DNA from: Lama glama
Taxonomy: Eukaryota
Assembly: GCA_028534125.1 (NCBI GenBank)
Contig: CM052832.1
Span: 14,200,001 to 14,264,000 of the forward strand
DNA length: 64,000 nucleotides
Direction: 5' to 3'
Of the stretch, positions 1 to 13,106 are shown piece after piece (the stretch's first letter is position 1; the number at the start of each line of letters is the position of its first letter). The translations under genes were made by a program, and so were the position numbers. The notes beneath the pieces are model-generated. The model worked only from the letters and a program-made list of their open reading frames with translations. It searched no databases and had not been told where the DNA came from.

Positions 1-31
1 TGGGTTATTCCAGAGTTTTCCAGAGAAGATT

Positions 32-815
32 TTTTTTTTAATTGAAATACAGTTGATTTACAATGTCATGCTAGTTTCTGGTGTACAGCACAGTGATTCA
101 GTTATACAAATATATATTCTTTTCCATGTTCTTTTTCATTATAGGTTATGACATGTTATTGAATATAGTTCACTATGCTATATAGTAGGAACTTGTTTCT
201 TATCTGTTCTGTAACAGTAGTTTGCTAATCCCAAACTCCCAATTTACCCCTCACACCCCTTCCTCTTCCTCATAAGTTTGTTTTCTGTGTCTGTAAGTCT
301 CTGTTTTGTAAATAAGCTCATTTGTGACTTTTTTTTTTTAGATTCCACATATAAGTGATATCATATGATATTTGTCTTTCTCTGACTTACTTCACTTAGT
401 ATGAAAATCCCCAGGTCTATCCATGTTGCTGTAAATGACATTATTTCATTCTTTCTTGTGGCTGAGTAGTATTCCATGGTATATGTGGAATATATACATC
501 TTCTTTATCCATTCATTTGTTCCTGGGCATTTAGCTGCTTCCGTGTCTTGGCTATTGTAAATAGTGCTGCTATGAACATGGGGGTGCATGTGTCTTTTTG
601 AATTATATTTTTCTCTAGGTATATGCCCAGGAGTGGGATTGCTGGATCATATGGTAGGTCTATTTTTAGTTTTTTAAGGAATCTCCATACTGTTTTCCAT
701 AGTGGCTGCACCGAACTACATTCCCACCAACAGTGTAGGAGGGTTCCCTTTCCTCCACACCCTCTCCAGCATTTATTGTTTGTGGACTTTTTATGATGGC
801 CATTCTGACTGGTGT
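32..815 (-). mobile_element. 5'-truncated L1 (ORF2 C-terminus, 3' UTR, poly-A)
   Basis: ORF 505-837 gives [49 protein letters not shown] (L1 ORF2p). TSD cagagaagatt at 21-31 and 816-826. Confidence 0.93.
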
Positions 816-1509
816 CAGAGAAGATTCTTAACAACATTCAGATTAAAGAGTGTACATAATCCTTGTTTCTTTCTCAAAAAAATATTCAAAATGCAACCAA
901 ACCCCAAGTCCCAGCCCCAGGACTTGTCATGATCTTGGCAGCAAGCCCATATTTGCCATGGATGCCTGGCCCGTCCAAGCTCTTCTCCTGCTTGGTGGTA
1001 GGAAACACAGTGACAGACTCCCAGAGTGGCAGTGCCTTGGACTTCCATAGCCACTTAGGGTCTTGGGTACAGAGCAGAAAGCTCTTTGGAAGAAGAGCTC
1101 CTGTATCTGTGCAGCTGCAGGAGAAAAAGACTCATCAGAAGTGGGGGTCAGGAGCCAGAGGAGCCCTATGGTTTGCTACCACTGGGTTAACCACTCCCTC
1201 TGGTGAACGCCAAGGTTCAATTCAAGTAATCAGATAGTTACTCAGTGCCCAATCCTGCTCTCAGGGAGCACAGGAAGAGTAAAGGATAACCGTAATGCAA
1301 AAAAGACTGTGACAAGCCCCACAAGGGAAATACTGAGAGCTCTGGGGTTTGAAGAATGGGAAGCTCCTCTGTGCAGGTGAGGGGAAGAACCATGAGTTCA
1401 TGGAGGAGACAACACCGGAAATGTTCTTTCTCCATGTCTCCCTGTTACCTAATTTCACAGTGGCTCAGGGCTTCAATGCCCTCTCCACAGAGGAAGCTTG
1501 TCATTTCTA

Positions 1510-1740
1510 ATATTTACTCAGTGCTTACAAAGAGTCAGGCACATGCTGAATATTTTATGAGCATTCTTTCATTTAATTCTCCCATTTCTCTATTAGGTGT
1601 GTACCATAGTTATTCCCATTTTACAGATGGGGAAACTGAAGCTTAGAGAGGCAAAGAAAACTCTGTCACTGAGGTGGAGTCACTGAGCCTGAATTTGAAC
1701 CCAGGTCTAACTCCAGAGTCCACTACTCTCCTAACTGCTT
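1510..1740 (+). mobile_element. MIR SINE remnant (further MIR cores at about 2050, 5900, 6480, 14080, 14800, 15460, 30830, 33400-33660, 35450, 36520, 38320, 44290, 45010, 49040, 49920)
   Basis: MIR core cccattttacagatggggaaactgaagcttagagagg. Confidence 0.75.
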
Positions 1741-1987
1741 TGTCATACCACCTCACGTACAGACATGTTCTGTTCACCCTCCAAGACCATCTACTCTGTG
1801 ATTCATCGTTGTGGCCCTGCCATGGCGGGCACCAAGCACGGTGGCAGATGAGGAGAGCTGGGGCAGGATGACAGAGGGAGAGGGTGGATTTGAGTCAGAG
1901 CTCCTAGGCTTGTCCAAGCTTGGCATATTCCATGTACAGGCTGAGTGAATCTCTCCATTTATAAAGCAAACAGTGTCCGGCACAGTG

Positions 1988-2023
1988 CTCCATGACTACA
2001 TTATCTCCATGACTACATTATCT
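1988..2023. repeat. 17-bp perfect tandem duplication
   Basis: ctccatgactacattat x2. Confidence 0.9.
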
Positions 2024-4259
2024 TATTTCCACAATAATTCATTAGCTCCATTTTCCAGAAGAACAAACTGAAGCTCAGAGGAATTAATTATCTGTCAAAG
2101 GCCCTTGGCTAATGAATGAGAGAACAAGGATTCAAACCCAGACCCACCTCCAAGGACCACACTTGGAGCTGCTTGGCACACAGCCTTGTACATCTCCTGA
2201 CCTAGGAGGAAGAAGAAGGCAGTGAATCCTGCCTTTGGACTTGGGAAGATCAAACGGAGTAATGAATGCATAATCACTGTAAACTGGAAACACTATTTCA
2301 GGCTGAGGAACCGACAAATCCAGGCCCAGAGAAGAGGCCAACGGGCACGGGTTTGTACACAGCTGCAACACAGGGACAAATCCTGCAAAGAGCCTTTCTC
2401 CAAATAAGGTCACACTTGAGGTTCTGGGAATCAGAATGTGGACTTATCTTCTGGGCAGCCACTATCCAACCCACTAAAGCCAGTGAAAGCAAACACTGTG
2501 GACAATCACCAAGAGAATGGGAGGGAACCCTGAGGATGGCAGAGAGGGGCTGAAGCTGTCATCGGGCTCTGGGGAACTGACAAAGTGACGTATGATGAGC
2601 AGAACTGGAGACAGAATAGGATTTAGGGCAGGAAGCTCGGTAGTTGTACCTCTAAGGGGAGAGGGTCATAGCCACAGGAAGGGCCAAGCATGTCAAGGGA
2701 GAGGGTGAGAGAAGCTGAGAAAGGGCAGAAGCCCCAGACACTCATACTCAGGGAGTCAAAAGAGGAAGAGGAACCATGGCAGTCAAGGCACAACCAGAGA
2801 GGAAGGGAGGCCTCATCTCCCAGAGGGCACAGCCAGCCAGTTTCTCCTGTGTTTCTCCAGAGTCTAACGAGGCACTAGGCATACAGCAGGCACTCAGTAA
2901 CGGCATTAGATAATAATAAAACAATGAACAATTCTGTGACAGCCCACACATGAGATTCCTGAGATGCAAGGAAAGAAGCTAAGGCATCAGTAATACTTGT
3001 CATCTCCACAGTTACAAAAAGCAACATCTTCCGAGATGGAGGGGGGTGAGTGGCGGAAGGCTTGGAGCATAGTCCAAGGGGAATGTGACAGGAAACCATG
3101 AATAAAAGGATAACTAGCCAGCTGTTGTGGGACAAGGTGAATTTCTAGGGCCTTGGCTGACCCCACACAGGGGCACATAGCTCTCTGCTACAAACAAGTG
3201 CTGCCTTGGCCATCCAGCTTCTCCTTCAAACCCCCAAGTGTACTCTTTCTCCACATACTTATCTAAAACAAAGCAGATGCCACAACTCCTCTTGGGAAAA
3301 AAGAACTGCTATGAAACCACGCACAAGAGGCCTCCACCATGACCTGAGGAGACCTGCCTGGTGTCCCTGGCCACTCTCTGGGTGGCTCGCCATCCCGGGC
3401 AGGCTCTCCTGGACAGGAACTGGGAGGACACGAGCAGGGACCACAGCCAGCAGTGACTCAGGCAGCCATGTGGGTGCCCACCATCTTCAGAGAGGGCAGA
3501 CTGGGCTGAAGGAGTCAGACTTCCTGGAAGCATCTCTTCATTTCTAATTTTGAAGACACACAACTTTCAGAGTGACGTTTCTTCTGATGACTTCAGAAGG
3601 CATGTCACTCAGCAGCTGGAATCAACATCTTCTTACACACATCTGACCAACCCAACTTTACTCACCACCCCCAACACCTTCAAATGCGACAGGGGAAGTG
3701 GCCAGAGAAGGCCATGCAGCCTCTCTAAGAGCAACAGGAAATGACACAATACCACGGGGCCCTGGTGAGGACTGAGGAGTCAGAACTCCCAGACACCATC
3801 ATGTCACCTAACAGGCAGGACTCTGGTGGCCCATGGAAAAGGACATGTGAGCATTAACTCCAAACTAACTGGTTCACAGGTCAGAGAGGGTTACATTTCA
3901 AAAGATCACAGGATTTCATTCACAAATTAACTCAGATTCAACGGAGCAGGGAGTCAAGCAGTCTCACACACTGCAGACATTAGTGTAACTCTCTGGCATT
4001 TGGCAGTTTGGCAAAGTTTATCAATATTCTTACATTTTCATTCATTCAAAATTCACACACACACTCACTCTTTTAAAACCAAATACCTACCGAGTGCCAG
4101 GAACTATGCCAGGTATGGGGAGACAGTATTAGCCAGGCAGACTAGTTGACTGCCCTCAGAGAGCTTCTGTTCCAGTCAGGGATTCAGACAAGCAATCAAT
4201 AAAGTAGCAGATGAGATGATTTCTGAGTGCAGGAAGCATTAGATAGAACCACAAAAGAT

Positions 4260-4720
4260 GAGAACAAAGCTAAACGTCCGTCAGCAGGACTGGTTAAATA
4301 AGCTCAGATACACTCATAAGATGGAACACTGCTCTGCTGTTAAAAATGCATTCTTGAAAACTATACTCAAAGTGCTAGTGATATGAATGTTTAAAGCAGG
4401 TTTCAAAACAGCATCAGTGCAAACAGCTCAGTGAAAGAAGCAAATCACAAAAGACCACACATATTGTATGTCCCCATTTATATGAAATGTCCAGAATAGG
4501 CAAATCTGTGGAAACAGAAAGTAAATTATCGGCTGCCTAGGGCAGGGTGAGTGAATGCTAATGGAGACAAGACTTCCTCTTGCGATGATGAAAAGGTTCT
4601 AAAATTAGATTATGGTAATGATTACACAACTATGCAACTATACTAAAAAACATCAAACTGTCCATTTTAAACGAGTGAACTGTATAATATCTGAATTATA
4701 CCCCAGTAAAGCTGCTAAGT
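4260..4720 (+). mobile_element. Old L1M (L1MB/MC-like) 3' end fragments
   Basis: agtgaaagaagc..cacaaaagaccacacatattgtatg..ccatttatatgaaatgtccagaataggcaaatc. Confidence 0.8.
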
Positions 4721-5322
4721 AAGAGTATCACAATACAACTTCAATTTGGTTTTTAAAAAGAGGGTGTGTGAAGGGGTGTGTGTATGTGAGACAAAGGGGA
4801 CACGAAAGAATACTTTGCAAAATATTACCTATGGTGATTCTCTGAGAAGAAGGTTCTAATTAATTTTTATTGTCTTCTATATTTTCCCAAATATTCCAAA
4901 GTGTAAACATTAGTTTGTTGAACTGACAAAAGAAATCAGCCAGGGTTTTCAAATCTACAAGTGGACCTTAAAGTAGGTCCAAGGCACAAAACCAGAAAGG
5001 TCCAACTGTTGTGCTAACGTGGATATTATCTAGGGTTGTTATATTTTTTGCACCAAAGACAACCGGAGAGCTAAGCAAAGGAAGACGAGTCTGTTGATGC
5101 TGGCAGAGCCTGTACCTTCTGCAAACATTCTGAAAGAAAACCAGTGGTCGCCATTCTCAGATACTATCAGCGAATGCAAAAGAGCATCATTTGAGCAGAT
5201 GTAGTCAGAACCCGGAGGCTTTCAGGAGCCACTTGTGAAGTGTGAGGCCCTTAGGAGAATCATTCTCAGGCCCCTGGTGAACTCCTCTGATCAGTGACTT
5301 CAAAGGCACCTTTCTGAGAACT

Positions 5323-5499
5323 CAGTGGTTCCTCAACCAAGTTGCCCCCTCAGGTCAATGGGGAACTTTAAAATGCAGATTCCTGGACTTCATTTCCAGA
5401 AATTCTAATTCAAGAGGTCTGAGACAAGACCCAGGAAACTACATTTCTTCCAAAACTCCCTGGTGAATCTGCCAGCTGAACCTTGTCTGGGAAACACTG
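5323..5499. mobile_element. MER5A-like hAT-Charlie MITE
   Basis: Termini cagtggttcctcaa ... gggaaacactg, internal aaatgcagattcctgg. Confidence 0.7.
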
Positions 5500-6959
5500 G
5501 ACTAGACACCATCTGGGACAACTTACACCACGGCCAGCCTGCACATCTGGCTGCAATGCTGCAGGGACCCCATGGGGCCAGCACTATGGGTCAAAAGGCT
5601 GCTAACTGCAGAAGGGGAAACTCCATGGGGAAAGTCCATGGATGTCCAGCGATCAGTGTGGAAAAGCCTGGGGGGCAGCCAGTAGAGCCTTGGGACAAAG
5701 CCTATTTTGGAAGGTTCTTTCAGGTGCAGTGATCTCGGATGCTAACCTGTGAAAACGAGGTGACCAGTGCAACTTCTGCCCTGGGAAGCCAAAATAAAAA
5801 TCAATTCTCTCCAACAACACTGGTGAGCCAGCAAGCTCTGCAGGCCCTAAGGAGTCAGAAGCAGAAAGGCATGCAGTGGTGTGGCAGAAAGAGCCCTGGG
5901 TCTGAGTCACACAGATCAGGGTTCAAATCCCTGCTCTCCATCACAGGCTGTCAGTGGATTAAAGCTGGCTACCCCTGCAACTCCTCCCTCCTGGAATCTG
6001 GGCTGGCCCAGGGACTGCTCTGACCTCTAGAATGTGGCAGAGGCCTCACTCAGACTGCTGAGGGAATATGTAAACCCAGTATTCAAACAAACAACAACCT
6101 CACAGAACTCTATGACCAAGAAGCTCCCACTTCACAGCCCGTTTTGGCCCAGGGCACATCTCCATACACAAAGTCTGGGAACTATTTGCGATCCCCTATA
6201 ATTGGGAAGGACCCTGCCAACAAGCACCCAGTGTTCCAGGATGACTCACCTTGGCCTTCCCTCTGGCCTCTCTTCTTCCTGTTACAGTGTCACCTTTGTC
6301 CTAGCCACAGATTCAAAAAAATCAACCTCTGACTCTTCCATCTCCCTTTAGCATCCAGGGAAGGGCCAAGACCTCGCCTCCACAGTCACTCCATCTTTCC
6401 ACTCCCCTCACCACCCAAAGGCATGGTCCTCAAGGCCAGGTAGACCTGAGGGCTGCTCTGCAACTTACTCATTATGCACCATAGGTGAGTTTCTTAACCT
6501 CTCTGAGCCTTATTTTCCTCAGCTGCAAACAATACACCACAGTAACACCTTTTTGTGGTCATTTTAAAGATGCAAGATAGGAGAAAATATAGTCAAACTA
6601 CACAGTACAGAGAACGTGCTCAACACGGAGGCACTGTTACTATAGCCCAGAAATTTTTCACCAAGGTTAATACAGCCCTCTCCTAACCTAAGTCTCTGCC
6701 TGTGTACAGCTCTCCATTTTGAGCCCTCTGGTATAATGCTGGCAGATTAACTGTCCTAGATAACAGCTATCACATTATGCCCCTGCTCAAAGACCTTCCA
6801 TGGCTCCCACATTCTCACATCAAGCCCAACTTCTCAGCCAGGCATGCAAGATTATCTACAATAATGACTCCATCTTGCTACCTTCGCCTGCTCCAGCCAA
6901 TCCCAACCTCACTACAACTTGCTACTAGAGGCAGCCTTCTAAAATGACTCATAAAAACA

Positions 6960-7087
6960 CCTACCTCCTGGTATTCAGGCCCTAGTGCAACTGCCTCCTG
7001 ACCCACAGAAACTGCAAGATCATGAATGTCGTTTTAAGCCACTAAGCTTGGGGGTAATTTATTATGAAGCAATAGATAACTAACACT
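6960..7087 (+). mobile_element. MLT1 (MaLR) LTR 3' fragment
   Basis: ctcctgacccacagaaactg...gttttaagccactaag...gcaatagataactaaca. Confidence 0.7.
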
Positions 7088-7698
7088 CTTGATTTCCCCA
7101 ATCACATCTGAGCTGTTGCTCTAATTTTACTCACATTTGCCCTTCTACAACATCTCAGCCTGCTCCAAGTCTGCCCTGCCTGCAAGGCCCACCCCAAATG
7201 CCAAATGCTCACTCTGAGCCTTTCTGAAGGCAGGGTCAACCAGCCTCCTCTGGAAGCCTCCTCTTCCACTCCACAGTTTTGCCACACACACACATCTCCA
7301 TCACTGCATCTGTCATACTGTATCAATTTGTTTCTTTATCTGTGTGTAAAATGATACATGCCAAGGTTACTCATTGCGCATTAGAGTGGAAATCACCTGC
7401 AAGCCCATCCGTAAACCGGGATGGTACACCCACACAGGACAGGAGGGAGCAGTGAAAAAGAATGAGGAAGCTCCACGCTCACTGGTATGCAAAGATGCAC
7501 CAGACACAACCTGTGCAGCAAGGGGCAGACCAGTGAGTACAGCAGATAATCACAGAACAGAAAATATGTAGGTGCATGCTCATAAATGAGAGTGGCTAAG
7601 AGGGCTGCTTCCATCAGCAGGGCTGGGCAGCTGAGAGACCGGGAAGGAAAGAGAGAATACCTTCTGAGTTGTGTAGCACTACAAGAATTATCAATTCA

Positions 7699-7840
7699 GG
7701 GAGGGAGGGTATAACTCAAGTGGTAGAGCACATGCTTAGTATGCATGAGGTCCTGGGTTCGATTCCCAGTACCTCCATTAAAAAAATAATAATAATAAAT
7801 AAATAAATCTAATTACCCACCCCCACCCGCAAAAAAAAAA
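7699..7840 (+). mobile_element. tRNA-Ala-derived SINE (Vic-1-like)
   Basis: tRNA-Ala(AGC)-like head with A/B boxes, A-rich tail, TSD atcaattca at 7690-7698 and 7840-7848. Confidence 0.9.
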
Positions 7841-7859
7841 TCAATTCAAAAATAAGCAG

Positions 7860-9800
7860 TTCTGAAAGACTGAAAGCTTTCCTCCTAAGATCAGAAGCAA
7901 GACAAGGATGTCCACTTTTACCACTTTTATTCAGTACTGGAGATTCCAGCCAGGGCAATTATGTAACAGGAAGAAATAAAAGTTATCCAGATTAGAGAGG
8001 ACAGTAAAACTCTCTCTACTAGCAGATACCATGATCTTACATGTAGAAAATCCTAAGAAATCCACTAAAAAAATCTATTAGAACTAATAATTCTTCAACT
8101 AAGGTTGAAGAATATAAGATCAATATATAAAAATTAATCATTTTTTTACACATTAGCAATGAAGCAATAAATCCAAAGTCTATCTAACAAGAGTCCTAGT
8201 AGCAGAGGATAGAGACAATGAAGGAAAACAAGTAAGAAAATTTCCTGGAGATCCCAAAAGACTTGTCTTCAGCAATTAAGGGCTCTACAGAAATTAAGGA
8301 AAGAAGACAAATACCTAGATATATCCTGGTGATAAGTCTGAATTCTAAGAATAAAGAAAATGCTTACATCTTTCAGAGAGGAAAAAACAGATTACTTACA
8401 AAGCACTTGGAGTCCTGCTAACTTCATTATTCATACTGAACATGGAACAGTAATCTCAAAATTCAGCTTCTATACTCAACCAAGCTACCAATCAAGAGGG
8501 AGGGCACGGGAACCCTTGTACACTGCTGGTGGGAATGTAAAATGATGCAGCCACTATGGAAAACAGTATGGTGGTTCCTTAAAAAATTAAAAATAGAATT
8601 ATCATATAACCTAGAATTCTACTTCTAGGTACATACCCAAAAGAACTGAACACAGGGACATGCACAGATACTCGTACATCCAAGTTTACACCAGTACATT
8701 CGCAATAGCTAAAAGGGGAAAGGAACAGATGAATGAGTCATCAACAGATGAATGGATAAACAAAATGTGAAATATACACAAAATGGAATATTATTCACCT
8801 TAAAAAGGAAGGAAATTCTGACACATGCTACATACAACACAGGTGAGCCTTGAAGCATTATAAATAACATTAGCCAGTCACAAAAGGACAACTACTGTAT
8901 GATTCTACTTATGTGATGGATTTAGAGTCCTCTAATTCTAGAGACAGAAGGTAGAATGGTGGTTGCCAGAAGCTGGGAGGTGGGATGGAGGGGATGAAAA
9001 GGAGAGTTATTATCTAGGGTACAAAGTTTCATTTTTGCAAAATAAAGTTCTAGAGATGGATGGTAGTGATGGTTGTACAACAATGTGAAGGTACTTAATG
9101 CCACTAAATTGTACATTTAAAAAATGGTTAAAATGGTAACTTTTGTTATGCATGTTTTATAATTAAAAATACATAGCCAATAAACATAATAAACAAACAA
9201 TAAGTGAGTGAGGGCATGGTACAGCCACTTTGGAAAACAGTTTGGTACTTCAAAATGTTAAACACAGAACTACTATATGATCCAGCAATTCCATTCGAGG
9301 TATAATCCCAAAAGAACTTAAAGCATATGTCTACACAGAAGTCTGTAAATGAATGTTCACAGAAGCCAAAAAATGGAAACAACCCAAATGTCCACCAAAT
9401 GATGAATGAATAAACAAAATGTGGTATTATCCATACAATGGAATATTATTCAGCCATCAAAAGGAATAAAGGACTGGTACATGCTACAACATGGATGAAC
9501 TTTGAAAACATCATGTTAAGTGAAAGAAGCCAGACACAAAAGGCCACATATTGTATGATTCCATTTATATGAAATGTCCAACATCAGAACCTCCATAGAA
9601 GATAGTAGACTAGTGTTTGCCAGAGAAGGGAGGTGGCTGGGACTAACTACTCGTGGGTACAAGGTTTGTTTTGGGGTTGATGGAAATGTTATGAAATTAG
9701 ACAGCACCAATGACTGTACAACACACTAAATATACCAAACACCACTTAAGTGCATATTCTGGTGAATTTTATGTTATACGAAGTATATCCCAATTTTAAA
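7860..9800 (+). mobile_element. Cluster of degraded L1M fragments (ORF2 piece plus two 3' ends)
   Basis: aagacaaggatgtccactttta (ORF2 RT region); ctgctggtgggaatgtaaaat..cagccactatggaaaacag; aatggaatattattcagccat. Confidence 0.85.
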
Positions 9801-11676
9801 ATGCTACAGACATACACAGAATAGAAAATAAAAGAAATGCTCACATTCTGCCTCACGGCTCAGGGATCCAGAATCTTGTCCCTGTCGGTGCCCTCCTGCC
9901 CGCAAGGCTGCGTCCTTCCCCTCCACCTCTGTGAGCTGGCCCTCTGGCTGCTCCCCGGTCCTTCATCTTCCCCATGACTTCCCAATTTCTGACTCTTGGG
10001 CAACGCCTTTCCCAGTGAGTCTCCACCACCTACTCAGACCTACCCAAGACTGCCTGGAGGCTGTGACACCAGACCCGAGAGTCACCCCAGTGGAGCGGCC
10101 CAATGACCAGGGCTGCGGTTACATGTGTGTGTCAGCTGAGGGATATGGCTTCACACAGGAACTTAATTATAGCTCAAGAGTGGAGGAAGGGAGAGGAGCA
10201 GTGCAGGCTTTGAGGGGACAAACAGGAAGCACCCTGCTCTGCAGCCCAGAGGGTATTGACCAGGTCACATCAGGACTGAGATCTGCAGGAAAACAAGAAA
10301 GACCCAGTGAGGCCATAGGAACACAGCTGATGGAAATCGTCCTGCTTATAAGCGTGAATTCCTGGCCCTGCCATGAAACACCAGCCAGAGTGACCAGAAA
10401 AGAGCTGAGATGCCAAGTCTCACTCCCCATCAGGACTCAGAGAGGCCTTCTCCTCACCTACTGCCAGAGATCCCATTTCATCCAGTAAGAAGTAAAGGGG
10501 AGGCAGAGCGTATTCCTTCCAGAACACCCCAGATTCATTTTCTCCCTGGTTCTGAGCTTTTTCTAGAACAGAATCTGAGCTGTCAATTCTAAGGATGCTG
10601 GGAACATCTTCCCCCTGCCTGACTATATGCTCAGAGTCCCCACCTACTCCCCAGGGAGGTGCCACGGAGCAGCTGCTGGCCCAGAGGTGTCAGCAGGGCA
10701 TGGTGGTCAGGTGTGCCAGACCTGCCAAACTACCTGGCCAGGCACTGCCAGATGGTGAAGGCAGCCCAGCAGAGGTTCATGGAAAGAGCAGGGCTGCGGT
10801 GAAGGAGTGTGTCCCATTGAGACCTACTCCTTCTCCCCTATTTCTGGCCTAAATCCCAGCCCCTTATAAACTCTCTAGGCCTCTTTCTGGCCATCCTGCT
10901 TGCTGTCTCTGCAAGAAGTGCCCACAGCCATCTGCTCCCTGCCCTGACCACCCCCTCAACCTAATACCCAGTTTCTTCTCACTGCTTCCAGACAGAGCCA
11001 ATGGCCCAGGACCTCCTGTCACTCTTTCCAAGACCCCACCCCAGCCCAGGAATGACTCTTCCCATCTCTCCTCTGTGTACCTTTTTTCTGAGCTCCTGAG
11101 AGGTTTCTCCCTAAAAGCCATGGAAAGAAACCTTCAGAGTGGAGGCAGTAGCCTTTTCTGGGTTGGTATGGAAGGAAAAAGAAAGACAGAGGGGTGGTAC
11201 GGAGAGCAGATGGGGGATGGGTAGAGAGCAACACGGATGGGAGAGGCAGACATCCTGCATGCACCTCTCAGCCCTCCACCCTTTAAGCAACTACACCAAT
11301 GAACAACCAGATGGCTCCTCCCACGCGCCTCCTCCCTTTGGGTAAAATGGTTTCCTTTGCTCACTCATAAAGGACAAGGAAAGCCAGGAAGCAGAGACAT
11401 AATGAAACCACTTGAATAATGGGAAAAGCAAGTCACAAAACTGAATGCTAACCAATATGCCATTTTTGAAAGAAAAAAGAATACGTATACATAGCCATAG
11501 TAAAATCTAAAAGAACACACTTTGGCTTGCTAGAGATCATTGCCCACATTCTCTACCAAAAAATAATAATAAATTAATTAATAGATGAATGAATGAATGA
11601 ACAAATACAAAACAAAATTTACAGCAGTCACTTATGGATGGTGTGATTATGTATGACTTTTAAAAATCAGTGAATT

Positions 11677-11878
11677 GGGGGGGTGGGTATGACTTAGTGG
11701 TAGAGTACATACTTAGCATATATATGGTCCTGGGTTCAATCCCCAATACCTCCATTAAATAAATAAATAAACCTAATTACCGCCCACCTAAAATGTACAA
11801 TTCCTGTTTAATGAAAGACCTATACACAAAGTTAACATATATAACAGCAAACATATTTGCTACCTCTGAAATCAATTA
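11677..11878 (+). mobile_element. Vic-1-like SINE with extra 3' unique segment
   Basis: tRNA-Ala-like head; flanking direct repeat aaaaatca(g/a)tgaat at about 11662-11675 and 11879-11892. Confidence 0.85.
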
Positions 11879-12991
11879 AAAAATCAATGAATGAAGTATA
11901 CTTGATTTACAATACTGTATTAGTTTCAGTTGTGCAGCATAGTGATTCAGTATTTTTGCAGATTATACTCCATTATAAGTTATTACAAGATAAAGCTATA
12001 ATTTCCTGTGTCAAACAACATAACTATTTTATGTATAATAGTCTGCATCTGTTAATCCCACATTCCTAATTTGTCCCTCTCGCATCTCTCCCCTTTGGTA
12101 ACCACAAGTTTGTTTTCCCTATCTGTGAGTCTGTTTCTGTTTTGCATATACATTCATTTTGTATTATTTTTTTGATTCTACATATAAGTGATATACAGTA
12201 TTTGTCTTTCTCTGTCTGACTTATTTCACTAAGCATAATATTCTCTAGGTCCATTCATTACTGCAAGTGGCAGGGTTTCATTCTTTTTATGGCTGAGTAA
12301 TATTCCATCATATCTATATACCACATCTGTTAAATCCACTATTTGTTGATGGACATTTAGGTTGCTTCCATGTCTTGGCTATGGTAAACAGTGCTGTTAT
12401 GAACACTGAGCTGCATGAATCTTTTTGAATTAGTGTTTTTGTATTTCCTGATATATACACAGGAATGGAATTGCTGGATCATATGGTAGTTGTATTTTTA
12501 GTTTTTTGAGGAACCTCCATACTGTTTTCCATGGTAGCTGCTCCAATTTACATTCCAACCAACAGTGTACAGGGTTTCCTTTTCTCCACATCCTCTCCAA
12601 CACTTGTTGTTTGTAGACTTTTGGTGATAGCCATTCTGACAGGTGTGAGGTGATATCCCATTGTTGTTTTGATTTGTATTTCTCTAGAGTTAGTAATGTT
12701 CAGCATCTGTTAGCCATCTGTATGTCTTTCTTGGAAAAAATGTCTTTTGACCATTTTTTGACTGGGTTCTTTGTGTTTTTGATATTGAGTCTTTTCAGGT
12801 CTTTTGACCATTTTTTGACTGGGTTCTTTGTGTTTTTGATATTGAGTTGCATGAGCTGTTTATACATTTTGTATACTAACCCCTTGTCAGTCACATCATC
12901 TGCAAATATTCTCTCCCATTCCATAGGTTTTTTCATTTTGTCAGTGGTTTCCTTTGCTGTGTAAAAGCTTTTAAGTTTAAGTAGGTCTCAT

Positions 12992-13106
12992 TTGCTTGTT
13001 TATTTATTTGTTTATTTATTTTTAATGGAGGTACTAGGGATTGAACCCAGGACCTCATGCATGCTAAGCATGCACTCTACCACTGAGCTATACCCTCTCC
13101 CCTCCC
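12992..13106 (-). mobile_element. Vic-1-like SINE inserted in L1
   Basis: Reverse complement gggtatagctcagtggtagagtgcatgcttagcatgcatgaggtcctgggttcaatcc..tacctcca followed by an A-rich tail. Confidence 0.9.

Noticed and set aside
505..837. 110-aa ORF as a protein-coding gene
   Set aside because: It is the C-terminus of L1 ORF2 in a 5'-truncated copy, with no promoter or genuine start
9931..10488. 185-aa plus-strand ORF in PPARD intron 2
   Set aside because: GTG start, no recognisable homology, no splice or promoter support
13024..13097. tRNA-Ala(AGC) gene (likewise the other five tRNA-like heads)
   Set aside because: A-rich tails, TSDs, CpG decay and insertion inside other repeats mark them as SINEs, not functional tRNA genes
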